Made by a program: the position numbers and the translations under genes. 64,000 nucleotides of DNA, taken from the NCBI GenBank assembly GCA_965116665.1, contig OZ220709.1, positions 2,132,062 through 2,196,061 of the forward strand, written 5' to 3'. Every line of letters begins with the position of its first letter. The first letter of the stretch is position 1. The notes under the pieces were generated by a model that worked only from the letters and a program-made list of their open reading frames with translations, did not search any database and was not told the DNA's origin. Shown here one piece after another: positions 1 through 9,451 of this stretch. The DNA comes from Acidimicrobiales bacterium. Its GTDB lineage: Bacteria > Actinomycetota > Acidimicrobiia > Acidimicrobiales > Aldehydirespiratoraceae.

Positions 1-195
1 CTGGGCTCCTGGGACTACCTGGGTGCCCTGCTGGTGTGCACCGAAGCGGGCGTCGAGGTTCACGACGGGCTCGGTCGCGACCTGGTGGTGCTGGACCACC
101 AGAGCCGCCGGGCTCCGGTGGCCGCGCCACCGCCGCTGGCAGAACAACTGCTCGCGGTCTGGGCCTCGTTGAGCGGACGTACGGCCGCCGGTTGA
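1..195 (+). CDS. Inositol monophosphatase-family protein, C-terminal fragment (5' end outside window)
   Basis: Frame 1 reads ..SWDYLGALLVCTEAGVEVHDGLGRDLVVLDH.. to TGA at 193-195. The WD..A...lv.EAG pattern is typical of IMPase/SuhB C-termini. Third codon positions are GC-rich. Confidence 0.5.
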   Translation: MGSWDYLGALLVCTEAGVEVHDGLGRDLVVLDHQSRRAPVAAPPPLAEQLLAVWASLSGRTAAG

Positions 196-226
196 TCGCC
201 TGCGCCGGGACGGCGCCCGGCGACGC

Positions 227-922
227 TCAGTCGATCGAGAAGGGCGGGTACTCGTCGGTCAGCAGCATCGAGTACGCCCACAGCCGGGCATCGACCCGCA
301 CCCAGCCCGCCGCCATCCGGAACAGCCCCTCCGGCCACCGGCCCGTGACGGTCACTGCCACGATTCCAACGACGCCCGCCACATACACGAGGGCCCAGAC
401 GACCATGGAGTAGAGGGCACCCGGGATGAGCACCGCCCCCAGAACGAGCTGGACGATCCAAACCCATGCCGGCAGGGACGCGAACCCGAAGATGAGCCCC
501 AGCCCGCCTATCAGGGTCAGCCAGGCAAAGGGCACGATGAATCTGAACAGCACGTTCAGCCGGTTCTTGCCCTCGAGTCTCGGCGAGATGTCCACCGAGA
601 TTCCCGCTCCGCCCGGATCGCTGTTCGAGGGCGCGAAGTCGAACGGGGGATACTTGTCGGTCAGGAACGCCATGTAGGAGAACGTGCGGGCCCGGTAGCG
701 AACGTAGGTCGCATGGAACGCGGCGATGCCCGGCGGCACCTTGCCGGTGGCGAGGACCGAGAGCCATGCATAGATCGCGGTGAGGCTGGCCGCGGCGGAC
801 ACCACAGTGTGCAGAACGACGTAGTGAGGGAGCACCAGGATCATCTGGCCGATGGGGCGCCAGTTGGCGATCCGCTCGGGCCGGTCGATGGTGACGGTTA
901 CGGGATAGCTCATGGGGGACAC
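227..922 (-). CDS. DUF4389-like integral membrane protein
   Basis: 231-aa ORF with two internally repeated halves, each ending in ..TD(K/E)YPPF.. (DRPERIANWRPIG.., GRWPEGLFRMAAGWVRVDARLWAYSMLLTDEYPPFSID). Hydrophobic segments present. Confidence 0.7.
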   Translation of the reverse strand: MSPMSYPVTVTIDRPERIANWRPIGQMILVLPHYVVLHTVVSAAASLTAIYAWLSVLATGKVPPGIAAFHATYVRYRARTFSYMAFLTDKYPPFDFAPSNSDPGGAGISVDISPRLEGKNRLNVLFRFIVPFAWLTLIGGLGLIFGFASLPAWVWIVQLVLGAVLIPGALYSMVVWALVYVAGVVGIVAVTVTGRWPEGLFRMAAGWVRVDARLWAYSMLLTDEYPPFSID

Positions 923-985
923 CTTACACCGCGGTTCCGGCGCGGTCCGGCAAACCCGACGCCCACCGGCGCACCATCGAGGCGA

Positions 986-1672
986 TCAGTCGATCGAGAA
1001 CGGCGGATAGTCGTCGGTCAGCAGCAACGAGTAGGCCCACAGCCGGGCGTCGACTCGCACCCAGCCCGCCGCGAACCGGTAGAGCCCCTCCGGCCAGCGG
1101 CCCGTGAGGATCACCACAAAGAGGCCGAGGACCCCTGCGACGTTGGCGAAGACCCACCTGAAGGCGGAGAAGAAGGCAGCCGGGACCAGAACTGCTCCGA
1201 GCGTGATCTGGATGATCCACACCCACAGGGGTAGGGACGCGAACCCGAAGATGAACCCCAGCGTTCCGATCAGGGACAGCCAGGTGAAGGGCACGACGAA
1301 CCGGAACAGCACGTTGAGCCGGTTCTTCCCCTCCAGCCGGGGGGAGACGCTGACCGAAGTGCCGGCTCCGCCCGGATCCTCGAACGAGGGCGCGAAGTCG
1401 AACGGCGGGAACTTGTCGGTGAGAAACCTCATGTACGCGAAGGTTCGCACCCGGTAGCGCACGTAGGTCGCATGGAACGCGGCGATTCCCGGCGGCACCC
1501 TGCCCGTGGCGAGGACCGAGAACCATGCGACGGTCGCCGTGACGCAAACCGCAATATTCCAAGCCGTGTACAGGATGACATAGTGGGGCAGCACGAGGAT
1601 CATATGGCCGATCGGGCGCCAGTTAGCGATCCGCTCGGGCCGATCGATAATGACCGCGGCGGGGTAATCCAT
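986..1672 (-). CDS. DUF4389-like integral membrane protein (tandem paralog of 227-922)
   Basis: 228-aa ORF that aligns along its full length with the neighbouring ORF. It has the same DRPERIANWRPIG and GRWPEGLYRFAAGWVRVDARLWAYSLLLTDDYPPFSID motifs. Confidence 0.7.
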   Translation of the reverse strand: MDYPAAVIIDRPERIANWRPIGHMILVLPHYVILYTAWNIAVCVTATVAWFSVLATGRVPPGIAAFHATYVRYRVRTFAYMRFLTDKFPPFDFAPSFEDPGGAGTSVSVSPRLEGKNRLNVLFRFVVPFTWLSLIGTLGFIFGFASLPLWVWIIQITLGAVLVPAAFFSAFRWVFANVAGVLGLFVVILTGRWPEGLYRFAAGWVRVDARLWAYSLLLTDDYPPFSID

Positions 1673-1759
1673 GGGGTGACACTACCCGAGCGACGTGAGA
1701 GGCAGCGGGCACACGAACCGAAGGTCCCGGTGCGGAAGCAGGCGTTAGGCTCGGGCGAC

Positions 1760-1834
1760 GGGCGCGTAGCTCAGGCGGTGTAGAGCGCTTCCCTTACAAG
1801 GAAGAGGCCGGGGGTTCAAGTCCCTCCGCGCCCA
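1760..1834 (+). tRNA. tRNA-Val (anticodon TAC), CCA encoded at 1835-1837
   Basis: Manual cloverleaf: acceptor GGGCGCG/CGCGCCC, D arm GCTC..GAGC, anticodon stem CTTCC/GGAAG with loop CTTACAA, 5-nt variable loop, T arm GGGGG-TTCAAGT-CCCTC, discriminator A. Confidence 0.9.
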
Positions 1835-2171
1835 CCAGAGAGATGTCACACGGTTAGACCGATTTTGATACGGAGTTAGCAAGAAATCGGCATTTCGGCG
1901 GCAGACTCGGGATATTGGCGGCTTCAGCGAAACTGCTGGCGGGTTCGTCGCCGGGATCTTCACCGTCGGCGGGTTGGTTACTGGGTGTTTCGCTGGTTGA
2001 GGCTCACTGTGGCGGTGGTCGGGTTCCCGAATCTCGCGATTCGCGTTTCGAGATCTACAGGCGAGCAGGCATGGGGCCGACCTGACACTCTGAGGGACGA
2101 GATCGGCAGCATCACCAAACCCGCCGGATGGTTACACCTTTCCGCTACTCCGAGGCCCATTCACGCCCATA

Positions 2172-3394
2172 GTGCCTCAGCACCAGGCCGCGAACCTGCT
2201 ATGGGATCCTGTGTTGTCACACCATGTGGGTATGGTGCGAGTTTGTGCACATAGATCGGTCACTGCTGTCGGCCCCTTCGGAAGCCTAGGCCTCGGCTGG
2301 GGAGTCGTGGAGTCTCGGTCTCGACGACGGGACCGGAGTGCGGGTGGCGCGTTCGTCCGCGACAAAGCCTCCCAGCAGATCGACCCAGACCTGTTGACGG
2401 GACGAAGCCAGCCCGTCGAGATGGAAGAGACGCCTGTGCTGGCCGGTGACCGGCCCAGCATTGTGCTGGTCGGCGACGACGCACCGGCGATGGAAGACGC
2501 CACAGACGCGATCCGCCGCAAAGCCAAGTCGCTGCGCAACCAGATCGGGCCGCATCTGCCCGCGGTGCGCCGCGACACCCAGACCCTGAACCCGGATCAC
2601 AAGACCCGCATCCGGCGCGCCCTGCGGAACCAGCCCCGAGACGCCACCGAACCAGCCGAGTTTTCTATCTCGACCGACACCAGGACCGCCACCTTCGCCG
2701 GGGCGTCGTTTCCGCTCGACTACGACCCCGCTCTAGCGGTGTCGGACGCACAACTGATGGTCGAGTACTTCGCGGGCTTCGAAGGGTTTGCAGGCACACC
2801 CGAGGAGGTGTGCGAGCTCCAGGAGGAGTACTTCGCGTTCTGGGCTTGGCTGTACTTCTCGCCATTCATGTGCGATCTGCGCACCTCGACAAGCTCGACG
2901 AAGATGACCAGCCCGAGGACTGGCTGCTGCTCTCATCTACAGTCCTCAGCGAACTGCTCCAAGACCGCGCAACCGGAAGCGTCCCGGGGTGGGCTGCACC
3001 CCAGTCACGCACCCGCTACGCTGAGCGGCGCTACAAGAGCCTCAGGGCCAAGTTCCACCACCTGCTCAGGCCTCCCGCACGGATCGATGCGGACAGCCCC
3101 AAACCCGAGGGATGGTGGATCGACGCCGACGCCGGGCGGGTGGTCGTGCGCGAACGGGTGAACCAATACGGCCAGAGCGCCTTCAACTGGGAACAGGTGC
3201 CCTCCACCATCATCGACGCCGACGCCTCCAGCAGCTGCCACACATCGCTCGTGCTGAGCGAACTCGACAAGTTCCTCCCCAACTGGAAGCACCACAGCCC
3301 TCTATCGGCCCCGGCGCCCGAACCCGAGGTACCAACGGACAAGCTGAGACGCCGCCGCTGGGGGCTCCGGCGTCGCCACGCCCGACGATCCTAG
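2172..3394 (+). pseudogene. Hypothetical protein, apparently frameshifted (two overlapping frames join near 2870-2885)
   Basis: GC3-rich coding signal follows the 2172 frame (likely from ATG 2421) up to about 2880. It then continues in the 2810..3394 frame. Neither frame alone covers the whole coding-like stretch. No recognisable domain. Confidence 0.3.
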
Positions 3395-3649
3395 AGTCTC
3401 AGATGAAGCCTATGGTCCGCTCTGACCGGCGGAGTCCACGGTGGTGATTCGATGATTCCGTCCTTGTAGCCGGGGGCCGGATGCTGGCCCGTTGGCGCTG
3501 ACGGCCAGGCCAGAGCAAGTCGGCAGAATCAATGAACTACCGACCCGGCAGAATCGCCTCGGAGCGCCCCTGCGCAGCATCCACTCATGCGGTGTGTCTT
3601 GGGGCGCAAGGTGGTATCGTTATTGCATCATTCCGAGTAGAACCAGAGT

Positions 3650-6600
3650 GTGCAGCGGATACGATACGGCCCAGGGACGGGACGAATGGTGACAATCTTG
3701 CGAGAGCCACAGCGTAGTTCAGGCGTGTCCGAGGAGTTGTTCCTAGCAGCGCGCCCCTCCAACGGCGGTCAGGCAACCTTCGTGTTGAAGGTGTTTGTGT
3801 CGTCGGTTCTTCAGGGCTACGAGGAGCACCGCGCAGCCATACGTCGGTTGGTTGAGGCGCTCGGCCATGAGGCCGTCCTCATTGGGGAGACCTCACCTGC
3901 GCTCCCGCGTTCTGCACAGCGGGCGTGCCTGGATGCCGTTGCAGCCTGCGATGTGATGGTGCTGGTGCTCGGAGCAAAATACGGCACCGAGCAGCGGTCC
4001 GGGAAGTCGGCGACGCATGAGGAATGGACCCGCGCGCGCGATCTCGGCAAGGAGATCTTGGCCCTCAAGGAGCGAGTCAAGCCCGCCACCAAACAACAAG
4101 CGGACTTCATCCAAGAGGTGCGCGACTACGAGACGGGCGTGTCTTACAAACCGTTCTCGACGCTGCCCGAGATGCAGGAAGAAGTCGTGCGGGCGCTGCG
4201 TCGTGTAGAGCAAGAACGCCGTCGGGCATTCGACTTTGCCCAGCGACTCCCGGAGTCGGTGAGTTCACTGCTCGAGTCGATGCGGACACTGTTCGCGGAC
4301 TCGCTTATCCGAACCCAAGAGGTGATGAGATCCGCTGCTGAGGACACCGGAGCAAACGTTCTTGTGCGGCTTGCCGAGCATCCCCCAGCCTGGGCAACCG
4401 CTCCTGGGCCGCTGGTGTGGGAGGCGCTGTCAGAGTTCGTCGGTGCGGCCGGGCTCGCTGGCGGGAGTCGGATCAGGTCACTGGCGATCGAGGCTGGCTC
4501 CCAGCGCAGCGGTCTCTATTCGGCGCTTAACGCCATCGGGGCAGCCGAGGCCAGCGAAGAGGTGGAACGAGCCTCAGCCGGTGAAGGCGACGATGCCCGA
4601 GATGCCGAGACGCTGGCAGATGCGATCCCGAACGACGATCCGTTGCGCGAGGCGACCGTGGCCAGAGTGCGTCGTGATCCCGACGGAGTGTTGGCGGCCG
4701 TGCGTTCAGCGGCACCCCAAGACTCGGACGATCCTGGAGTGGCTGAGTTGGGAGCGATATTGCTCGCGTGGGCTCACTGCGAATTGGAACGTCCAGAGGA
4801 GGCGCTTTCCGTGCTCGCGGCCGCCAGTGAGACCTATCCCGGCAAGACTCGGCTGCTGTTGGGGCAGGCACGTCTCGCGTTGGCTCTTGGTCTGGCCGCC
4901 GCCGCAACCGAGAACCAGCGTCCGGCCCTTCTCGATCAGGCGCATCGCCGAGCCATGGAAGCTAGAGAGCGCTTGCGGCAATGGGGTGGTCCCTCACGCC
5001 AAGCCGTGTCGATAGCTTGCACGGCACTCGTCGCACTCCATGATCCCAAGCAGGCGCTTCGCATTGGGTTGCCGCTCTCTGAAGGAGAGGCAACCCAGGC
5101 CGAGGCCGCCGACGCAGAAGTCCAGCGGGTCGTTGCCGATGCTCTGCTGTTGACAGGGCGGCACGATGATATAGATCGACTCGCCGTCGAGTCGTTCGAG
5201 CCTTGGCGTCAGGACATGATCCGCGCAATGCAAGCCCACGAACGAGACGATCGGCAGGGTGCGATCCGCATGATGCGCAAGGCACTTGCTCAAGCCTCCG
5301 ACGATGACGCCCGCAAACACGCCACCTTTGGACTCGCGTTGTTCGGCGAGACCGCTGACATGGCAGGCCTTACCCTCACGGACGAGGAGTCAGCGCTGCT
5401 CACCGGGGTTGCCGCGATCCAGCGCGGCAACCCCGATGAAGCCATCGAAGCACTTAAGCAGCATTGGCGAGCCTCACAGATGCATGCGGACTGGCTATGC
5501 CGCGCCCAACGGGACCGCGGCGACATAGCCGCGGCGGTCGAGACACTGCAAGACGCGGTGGCCCATTTCGGGCCTGATCCGCTAAGTGCTGATCTCGTCG
5601 AACTGATGACAGAAGACGGCAGCAACAACAAGGAAGCTGAAGCTGTAGCCGTTGACGCTCTGGCGCGACGCGCCTCGCCAGAAACCAAGCGCCGGCTCAA
5701 GCAGGCGCTCGTGCACCTGGCCCAAGCATCCCAAGCTTGGCACAAGGCCTACGAGCACGCAGCCGCGATGCACAGCGATGACCCGCAGGACTACGGAGCG
5801 GGATGGGCGGCCGTCTTAGCTCTGTATCAGGACGGCCGCTACGACGACGCCCGCCGCTACCTGCTCGCTCACGGCCTGCCTCCAACCACCGAAGACGCGG
5901 CGCGTCTCGCGGCACTCCTGCTCGGGGGTCCTACGGCACCGCAGGTGGACGCGCCGAGTCTGCTTGAGTTGGCAGAACAGTTCCCCGACTCCGAGAAGGT
6001 TCTCGGTTCGATCCTTCAGGCATTGATGACCGGCGGAGAAAGAGTCAGCCTCACGGATGAGCAGGCAGAAGCCACCCGGGAACTACTGGAGGAATTCATC
6101 GAGAGGTTCGAATCCAGCGAGATCCTGTGGCAGGTATCGGCAACCAGTCTCCCGGAACTGGCCGAGCAGTTTCGAGACATGGCGCGCGAGCGCCACAGCG
6201 CTATCAACTGGCAGTTGGTTGGCGATGTGCGGTCCGGGCGAGCCCCCCACGGCTTGTTGTGGGCGCCCACGCGCCCGTATGCGACCGTGCTGCTGGGCAC
6301 GGGGGGGTGCCTGACCGCGGTGAGCGCGAACCCTGAGACGCGACAACGCGAGATCGCAACAGCCCGTGCTGCTCTGGGCGCCACCGTTGTCCTTGACACC
6401 AGCGTCGCTGTTGTGGCTTCGCGCATTGGGATCACCCTCGATCACCTGACCAGGGGATTCGATCGTGTCTTGGTGCCCGATCAGCTACTCACGGACGCCA
6501 GCCGCGCCATCACATACGCCAAGATGACGGGCAACGCGAGTTTGTCCTATGAACCCTCTCTTGACCGGATCATGGTCACGGAGTTCTCCCCAGAGGACAA

Positions 6601-8023
6601 GAACCGCATGGTCGAGTCCGCCGAGACAGTCCTCTCAGGGCTGAAAGCCCAGCAACGACTCCCAAGCAGCGACATCAGACCCGAGTGGTACCCCGTACCA
6701 TCGGATCTCCCGCACACCCTCGACTGGGACGCTGCTCTGCGCATCGCCGCCGTAAAGGGGCTCGCTCTGTGGTGCGACGACGCCGCGATGCGGCATCTCG
6801 CCGACACTGCAGGAGTGGCAACCTTCGGGACATACGCGCTCCACGAGGCACTTGACGAACAGCAAGTGCGCGACCTGCTGCCTGAAAGCATCGACATGCG
6901 CATGCAGTTCATACGGGCCCACCTTGCCGATATCCCGATCAACCTGGAGGAGATGATCCAAGCCACCGACGACAGCGAAGGCCCCGACACGGCTTGGGCG
7001 TTGTGGCTCACACGACCGGCCAGTTGGCAAGACCCGGGCATCGCGTTTACGCGCCATGTGCATCGAATGGAGATGCTCGTAGACGGTCATCTCCTGCGCC
7101 ATGTCCCCGAGTTGGTCTACGCCTCCTGTCTCGGGCTTGGATCCGCTGTGACCGACAGCGAACGGCCAAACGCCATGGGCGCAGTGCTGGCAGGCTCCCT
7201 ACTACAGCTAGAAGACGCAGAGGGGGTGGCAGACCTGCTGGTCGCCAACGCCCGGGCTGCTAGCGCACACCTCGACCCGCGAGGCCGCCCTGACCCGCTG
7301 CCATCCGCAGCCACCATGCTGCTGCAAGCCTACGAAACGGCGACCGATGCATCCGTAGCCGCCCAGAAACTCATCCACGTCTTTTCGCGTCTGCCCTCTG
7401 AGGACCGTCGAATCGTTACCTCTGTGATCCCACATGCCCCCACGAGCGGCAACGAACCAGCCCGAGCGACAACCAGTTCCAAACGCGCCAAGGGTCAGCA
7501 ACGACACAGCGGGCCCCGTCAACAGGCACGTCTCCCTGGTGAGGACGACCTAGCGGCGGCATTGAGAGCGCGACGGAAGAATCTCGGGCTAACCCAACAG
7601 GCTCTTGCCGAGCGCTGCGGCATGCCACGACCTCGCGTTTCCAGCGTCGAGTCCGAGATGGCGCGCCCTCGCATCAGTACTGTCCTGGCACTCGTTCGTG
7701 CGATGCGAAGCTCCCTGTCGCTCGTACCTTCATCTGAGTGCCCGGTCTATCCACGGACCGGCATTACAACCCCCAGCGGTCTCGGACATGCGATTCGCTC
7801 CGTCCGCGGACAACTGCAACTGCGCCAACAAGACCTCGCCGAGCGATCTGGGGTGCACCGAAGCCAGATCTCCAAGATCGAAGCGGGCGGCGACGCCATC
7901 ACCGGAACTGTCCTGCGGCTCGTCGGCGCTTCTGGACTCACACTGCGCCTTGACCATGACGATCCCGAAGCGTTCGTGCTCGAAGATGTCATCGACGCCC
8001 ACACCGGACTCAAGGGATCATGA
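3650..8023 (+). CDS. Giant multidomain protein: DUF4062-like N-terminus, TPR-like helical repeats, PIN-like domain, two C-terminal XRE/HipB-type HTH units
   Basis: Uninterrupted 1457-aa ORF with GC3 bias throughout. N-terminus: KVFVSS..(30 aa)..CDVMVLVLGAKYGTEQRSGKSATHEEW, the DUF4062 pattern. PIN-like signature: VVLDTSV ... DAALRIAAVKGLALWCDDAAM. HTH units: LGLTQQALAERCGMPRPRVSSVE and LQLRQQDLAERSGVHRSQISKIEAG. The stop TGA at 8021-8023 overlaps the hipA ATG. The start is uncertain (ATG 3650, ATG 3686 or GTG 3782). Confidence 0.8.
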   Translation: MQRIRYGPGTGRMVTILREPQRSSGVSEELFLAARPSNGGQATFVLKVFVSSVLQGYEEHRAAIRRLVEALGHEAVLIGETSPALPRSAQRACLDAVAACDVMVLVLGAKYGTEQRSGKSATHEEWTRARDLGKEILALKERVKPATKQQADFIQEVRDYETGVSYKPFSTLPEMQEEVVRALRRVEQERRRAFDFAQRLPESVSSLLESMRTLFADSLIRTQEVMRSAAEDTGANVLVRLAEHPPAWATAPGPLVWEALSEFVGAAGLAGGSRIRSLAIEAGSQRSGLYSALNAIGAAEASEEVERASAGEGDDARDAETLADAIPNDDPLREATVARVRRDPDGVLAAVRSAAPQDSDDPGVAELGAILLAWAHCELERPEEALSVLAAASETYPGKTRLLLGQARLALALGLAAAATENQRPALLDQAHRRAMEARERLRQWGGPSRQAVSIACTALVALHDPKQALRIGLPLSEGEATQAEAADAEVQRVVADALLLTGRHDDIDRLAVESFEPWRQDMIRAMQAHERDDRQGAIRMMRKALAQASDDDARKHATFGLALFGETADMAGLTLTDEESALLTGVAAIQRGNPDEAIEALKQHWRASQMHADWLCRAQRDRGDIAAAVETLQDAVAHFGPDPLSADLVELMTEDGSNNKEAEAVAVDALARRASPETKRRLKQALVHLAQASQAWHKAYEHAAAMHSDDPQDYGAGWAAVLALYQDGRYDDARRYLLAHGLPPTTEDAARLAALLLGGPTAPQVDAPSLLELAEQFPDSEKVLGSILQALMTGGERVSLTDEQAEATRELLEEFIERFESSEILWQVSATSLPELAEQFRDMARERHSAINWQLVGDVRSGRAPHGLLWAPTRPYATVLLGTGGCLTAVSANPETRQREIATARAALGATVVLDTSVAVVASRIGITLDHLTRGFDRVLVPDQLLTDASRAITYAKMTGNASLSYEPSLDRIMVTEFSPEDKNRMVESAETVLSGLKAQQRLPSSDIRPEWYPVPSDLPHTLDWDAALRIAAVKGLALWCDDAAMRHLADTAGVATFGTYALHEALDEQQVRDLLPESIDMRMQFIRAHLADIPINLEEMIQATDDSEGPDTAWALWLTRPASWQDPGIAFTRHVHRMEMLVDGHLLRHVPELVYASCLGLGSAVTDSERPNAMGAVLAGSLLQLEDAEGVADLLVANARAASAHLDPRGRPDPLPSAATMLLQAYETATDASVAAQKLIHVFSRLPSEDRRIVTSVIPHAPTSGNEPARATTSSKRAKGQQRHSGPRQQARLPGEDDLAAALRARRKNLGLTQQALAERCGMPRPRVSSVESEMARPRISTVLALVRAMRSSLSLVPSSECPVYPRTGITTPSGLGHAIRSVRGQLQLRQQDLAERSGVHRSQISKIEAGGDAITGTVLRLVGASGLTLRLDHDDPEAFVLEDVIDAHTGLKGS

Positions 8024-9276
8024 CCAGACTGATCGTTCTGATGCATGGCCGCGTTGCCGGGACTATCAACGACAGCGCTGGAGGTCGCGCTCTGTTTTCC
8101 TATGCCGAGGGCTACAGCGCCACACCCCTGTCAGTCTCAGCCCCCACAACCCGTTCTCAGTTCGATGCAACGCACTGGATCGACGGACTGCTCGCGGACA
8201 ACGAGGACGTCCGCGCACGCTGGCGCTCAGACTATGAAGCCGTATCGGCGCGCCCGATGGATCTTCTAGCGACCCCCATTGGCTGGGATTGCGCTGGCGG
8301 GATCCAATTCTGCAAGCCCGAACAGCTTGACATCCTGTCAGAGCGCGGCGGTTCTATAACGACGCTAAGCGAATCCCAGGTTGCCAGGATCATCGCTCGT
8401 CTCCGATCTGACTCCTCCGCATGGAGCAGTGACCCCGCGGCGGCCGCGTTCAGCCTCGCGGGAGCTCAGTCCAAGACAGCACTTCGCCACACCGATGGCC
8501 GGTGGTCCCGACCGATCGGGGACGCTGCAACCACCCACATCCTCAAACCGGCGCCCGATCGATTTCCGGACCTCGATATTGTCGAGCACCTTTGTTGCGC
8601 AACTGCCTCCAACCTCGGGCTGACGGTCGCCCACACCGAGTGCGTCACGATCGGGGGTGAGCGGGTGCTGAGCGTCACACGCTATGACCGCCGCACCACC
8701 TCGGACGGCGACATAACCCGCGTCCACCAAGAAGACCTATGCCAAGCGCTGGGCATGCCCCCAAGCAAGAAGTACCAGCATGCCGGTGGCCCGACCCCCG
8801 CAACGATTGCGTCGCTGCTAAGGACATACAGCACGCAGCCGGATGAGGATGTGGAGAGATTCAGAGACGCTCTGATCTACAACTGGCTCATCGCTGGCAC
8901 TGACGCTCACGCAAAGAACTACAGCCTCATCCTCGCTGGCGATCAAGCACGACTCGCGCCGCTCTATGACATCTGCTCCTACCTTCCTTACAGGGACACG
9001 AAGCCGATCGGCAAGCTTGACATGGCCATGAAGATCGGACGCGACTACACCATCACTAAGACAAGCCGCCGAAGCGCTTGGGAACGCACAGCCGATGCGT
9101 TGGGGCTAGCGCGCCCCGAGACCCTCGAACGTGTGACAGACCTTGCCAACCGTTTGCCAGCCGCCATGGCGCAAGCGATCGACTGTCTACCTACAGACCA
9201 GCGTTCAAGTGATAAGGTCGCCCTGCTGGCCAAGGACATCAGTAGCCACGCTCCACGATGCGCCACTTTCGCCTGA
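8020..9276 (+). CDS. hipA: HipA-family serine/threonine kinase toxin
   Basis: 418 aa. Contains an N-terminal HipA coupling region (LIVLMHGRVAGT), a GAQSKTAL P-loop-like motif, the catalytic loop DAHAKNYSLIL, and LAPLYDICS (Mg-binding Asp). An SD-like AAGGGA lies upstream. There is a 4-nt ATGA overlap with the upstream ORF. Confidence 0.9.
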   Translation: MTRLIVLMHGRVAGTINDSAGGRALFSYAEGYSATPLSVSAPTTRSQFDATHWIDGLLADNEDVRARWRSDYEAVSARPMDLLATPIGWDCAGGIQFCKPEQLDILSERGGSITTLSESQVARIIARLRSDSSAWSSDPAAAAFSLAGAQSKTALRHTDGRWSRPIGDAATTHILKPAPDRFPDLDIVEHLCCATASNLGLTVAHTECVTIGGERVLSVTRYDRRTTSDGDITRVHQEDLCQALGMPPSKKYQHAGGPTPATIASLLRTYSTQPDEDVERFRDALIYNWLIAGTDAHAKNYSLILAGDQARLAPLYDICSYLPYRDTKPIGKLDMAMKIGRDYTITKTSRRSAWERTADALGLARPETLERVTDLANRLPAAMAQAIDCLPTDQRSSDKVALLAKDISSHAPRCATFA

Positions 9277-9451
9277 GCTCCTACTCAGCTAAAGCAGCCA
9301 CGCTAGAAGAAGGACAGCGAACCCACAGTAGGGACAAAGCAGAGGAGCCTTGAACCGGGCACTCGTCTTGGAGAACGACCTACTGGCTGCAACTGTCGGC
9401 TGGTCGTGCATTTCTGGGGAATCGGGCCTCGCGATTTGGGGAATGTCCCAA

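Noticed and set aside
1838-3650. Integrase/recombinase expected next to the tRNA gene
   Set aside because: No ORF here shows tyrosine- or serine-recombinase motifs. Only non-coding sequence and one frameshifted hypothetical gene are present.
3560-3680. HipB-type operator (TATCC-N8-GGATA) upstream of the giant ORF
   Set aside because: Only loose TATCG/CGATA and GGATA fragments at non-canonical spacing are present. That is not enough to call an operator.
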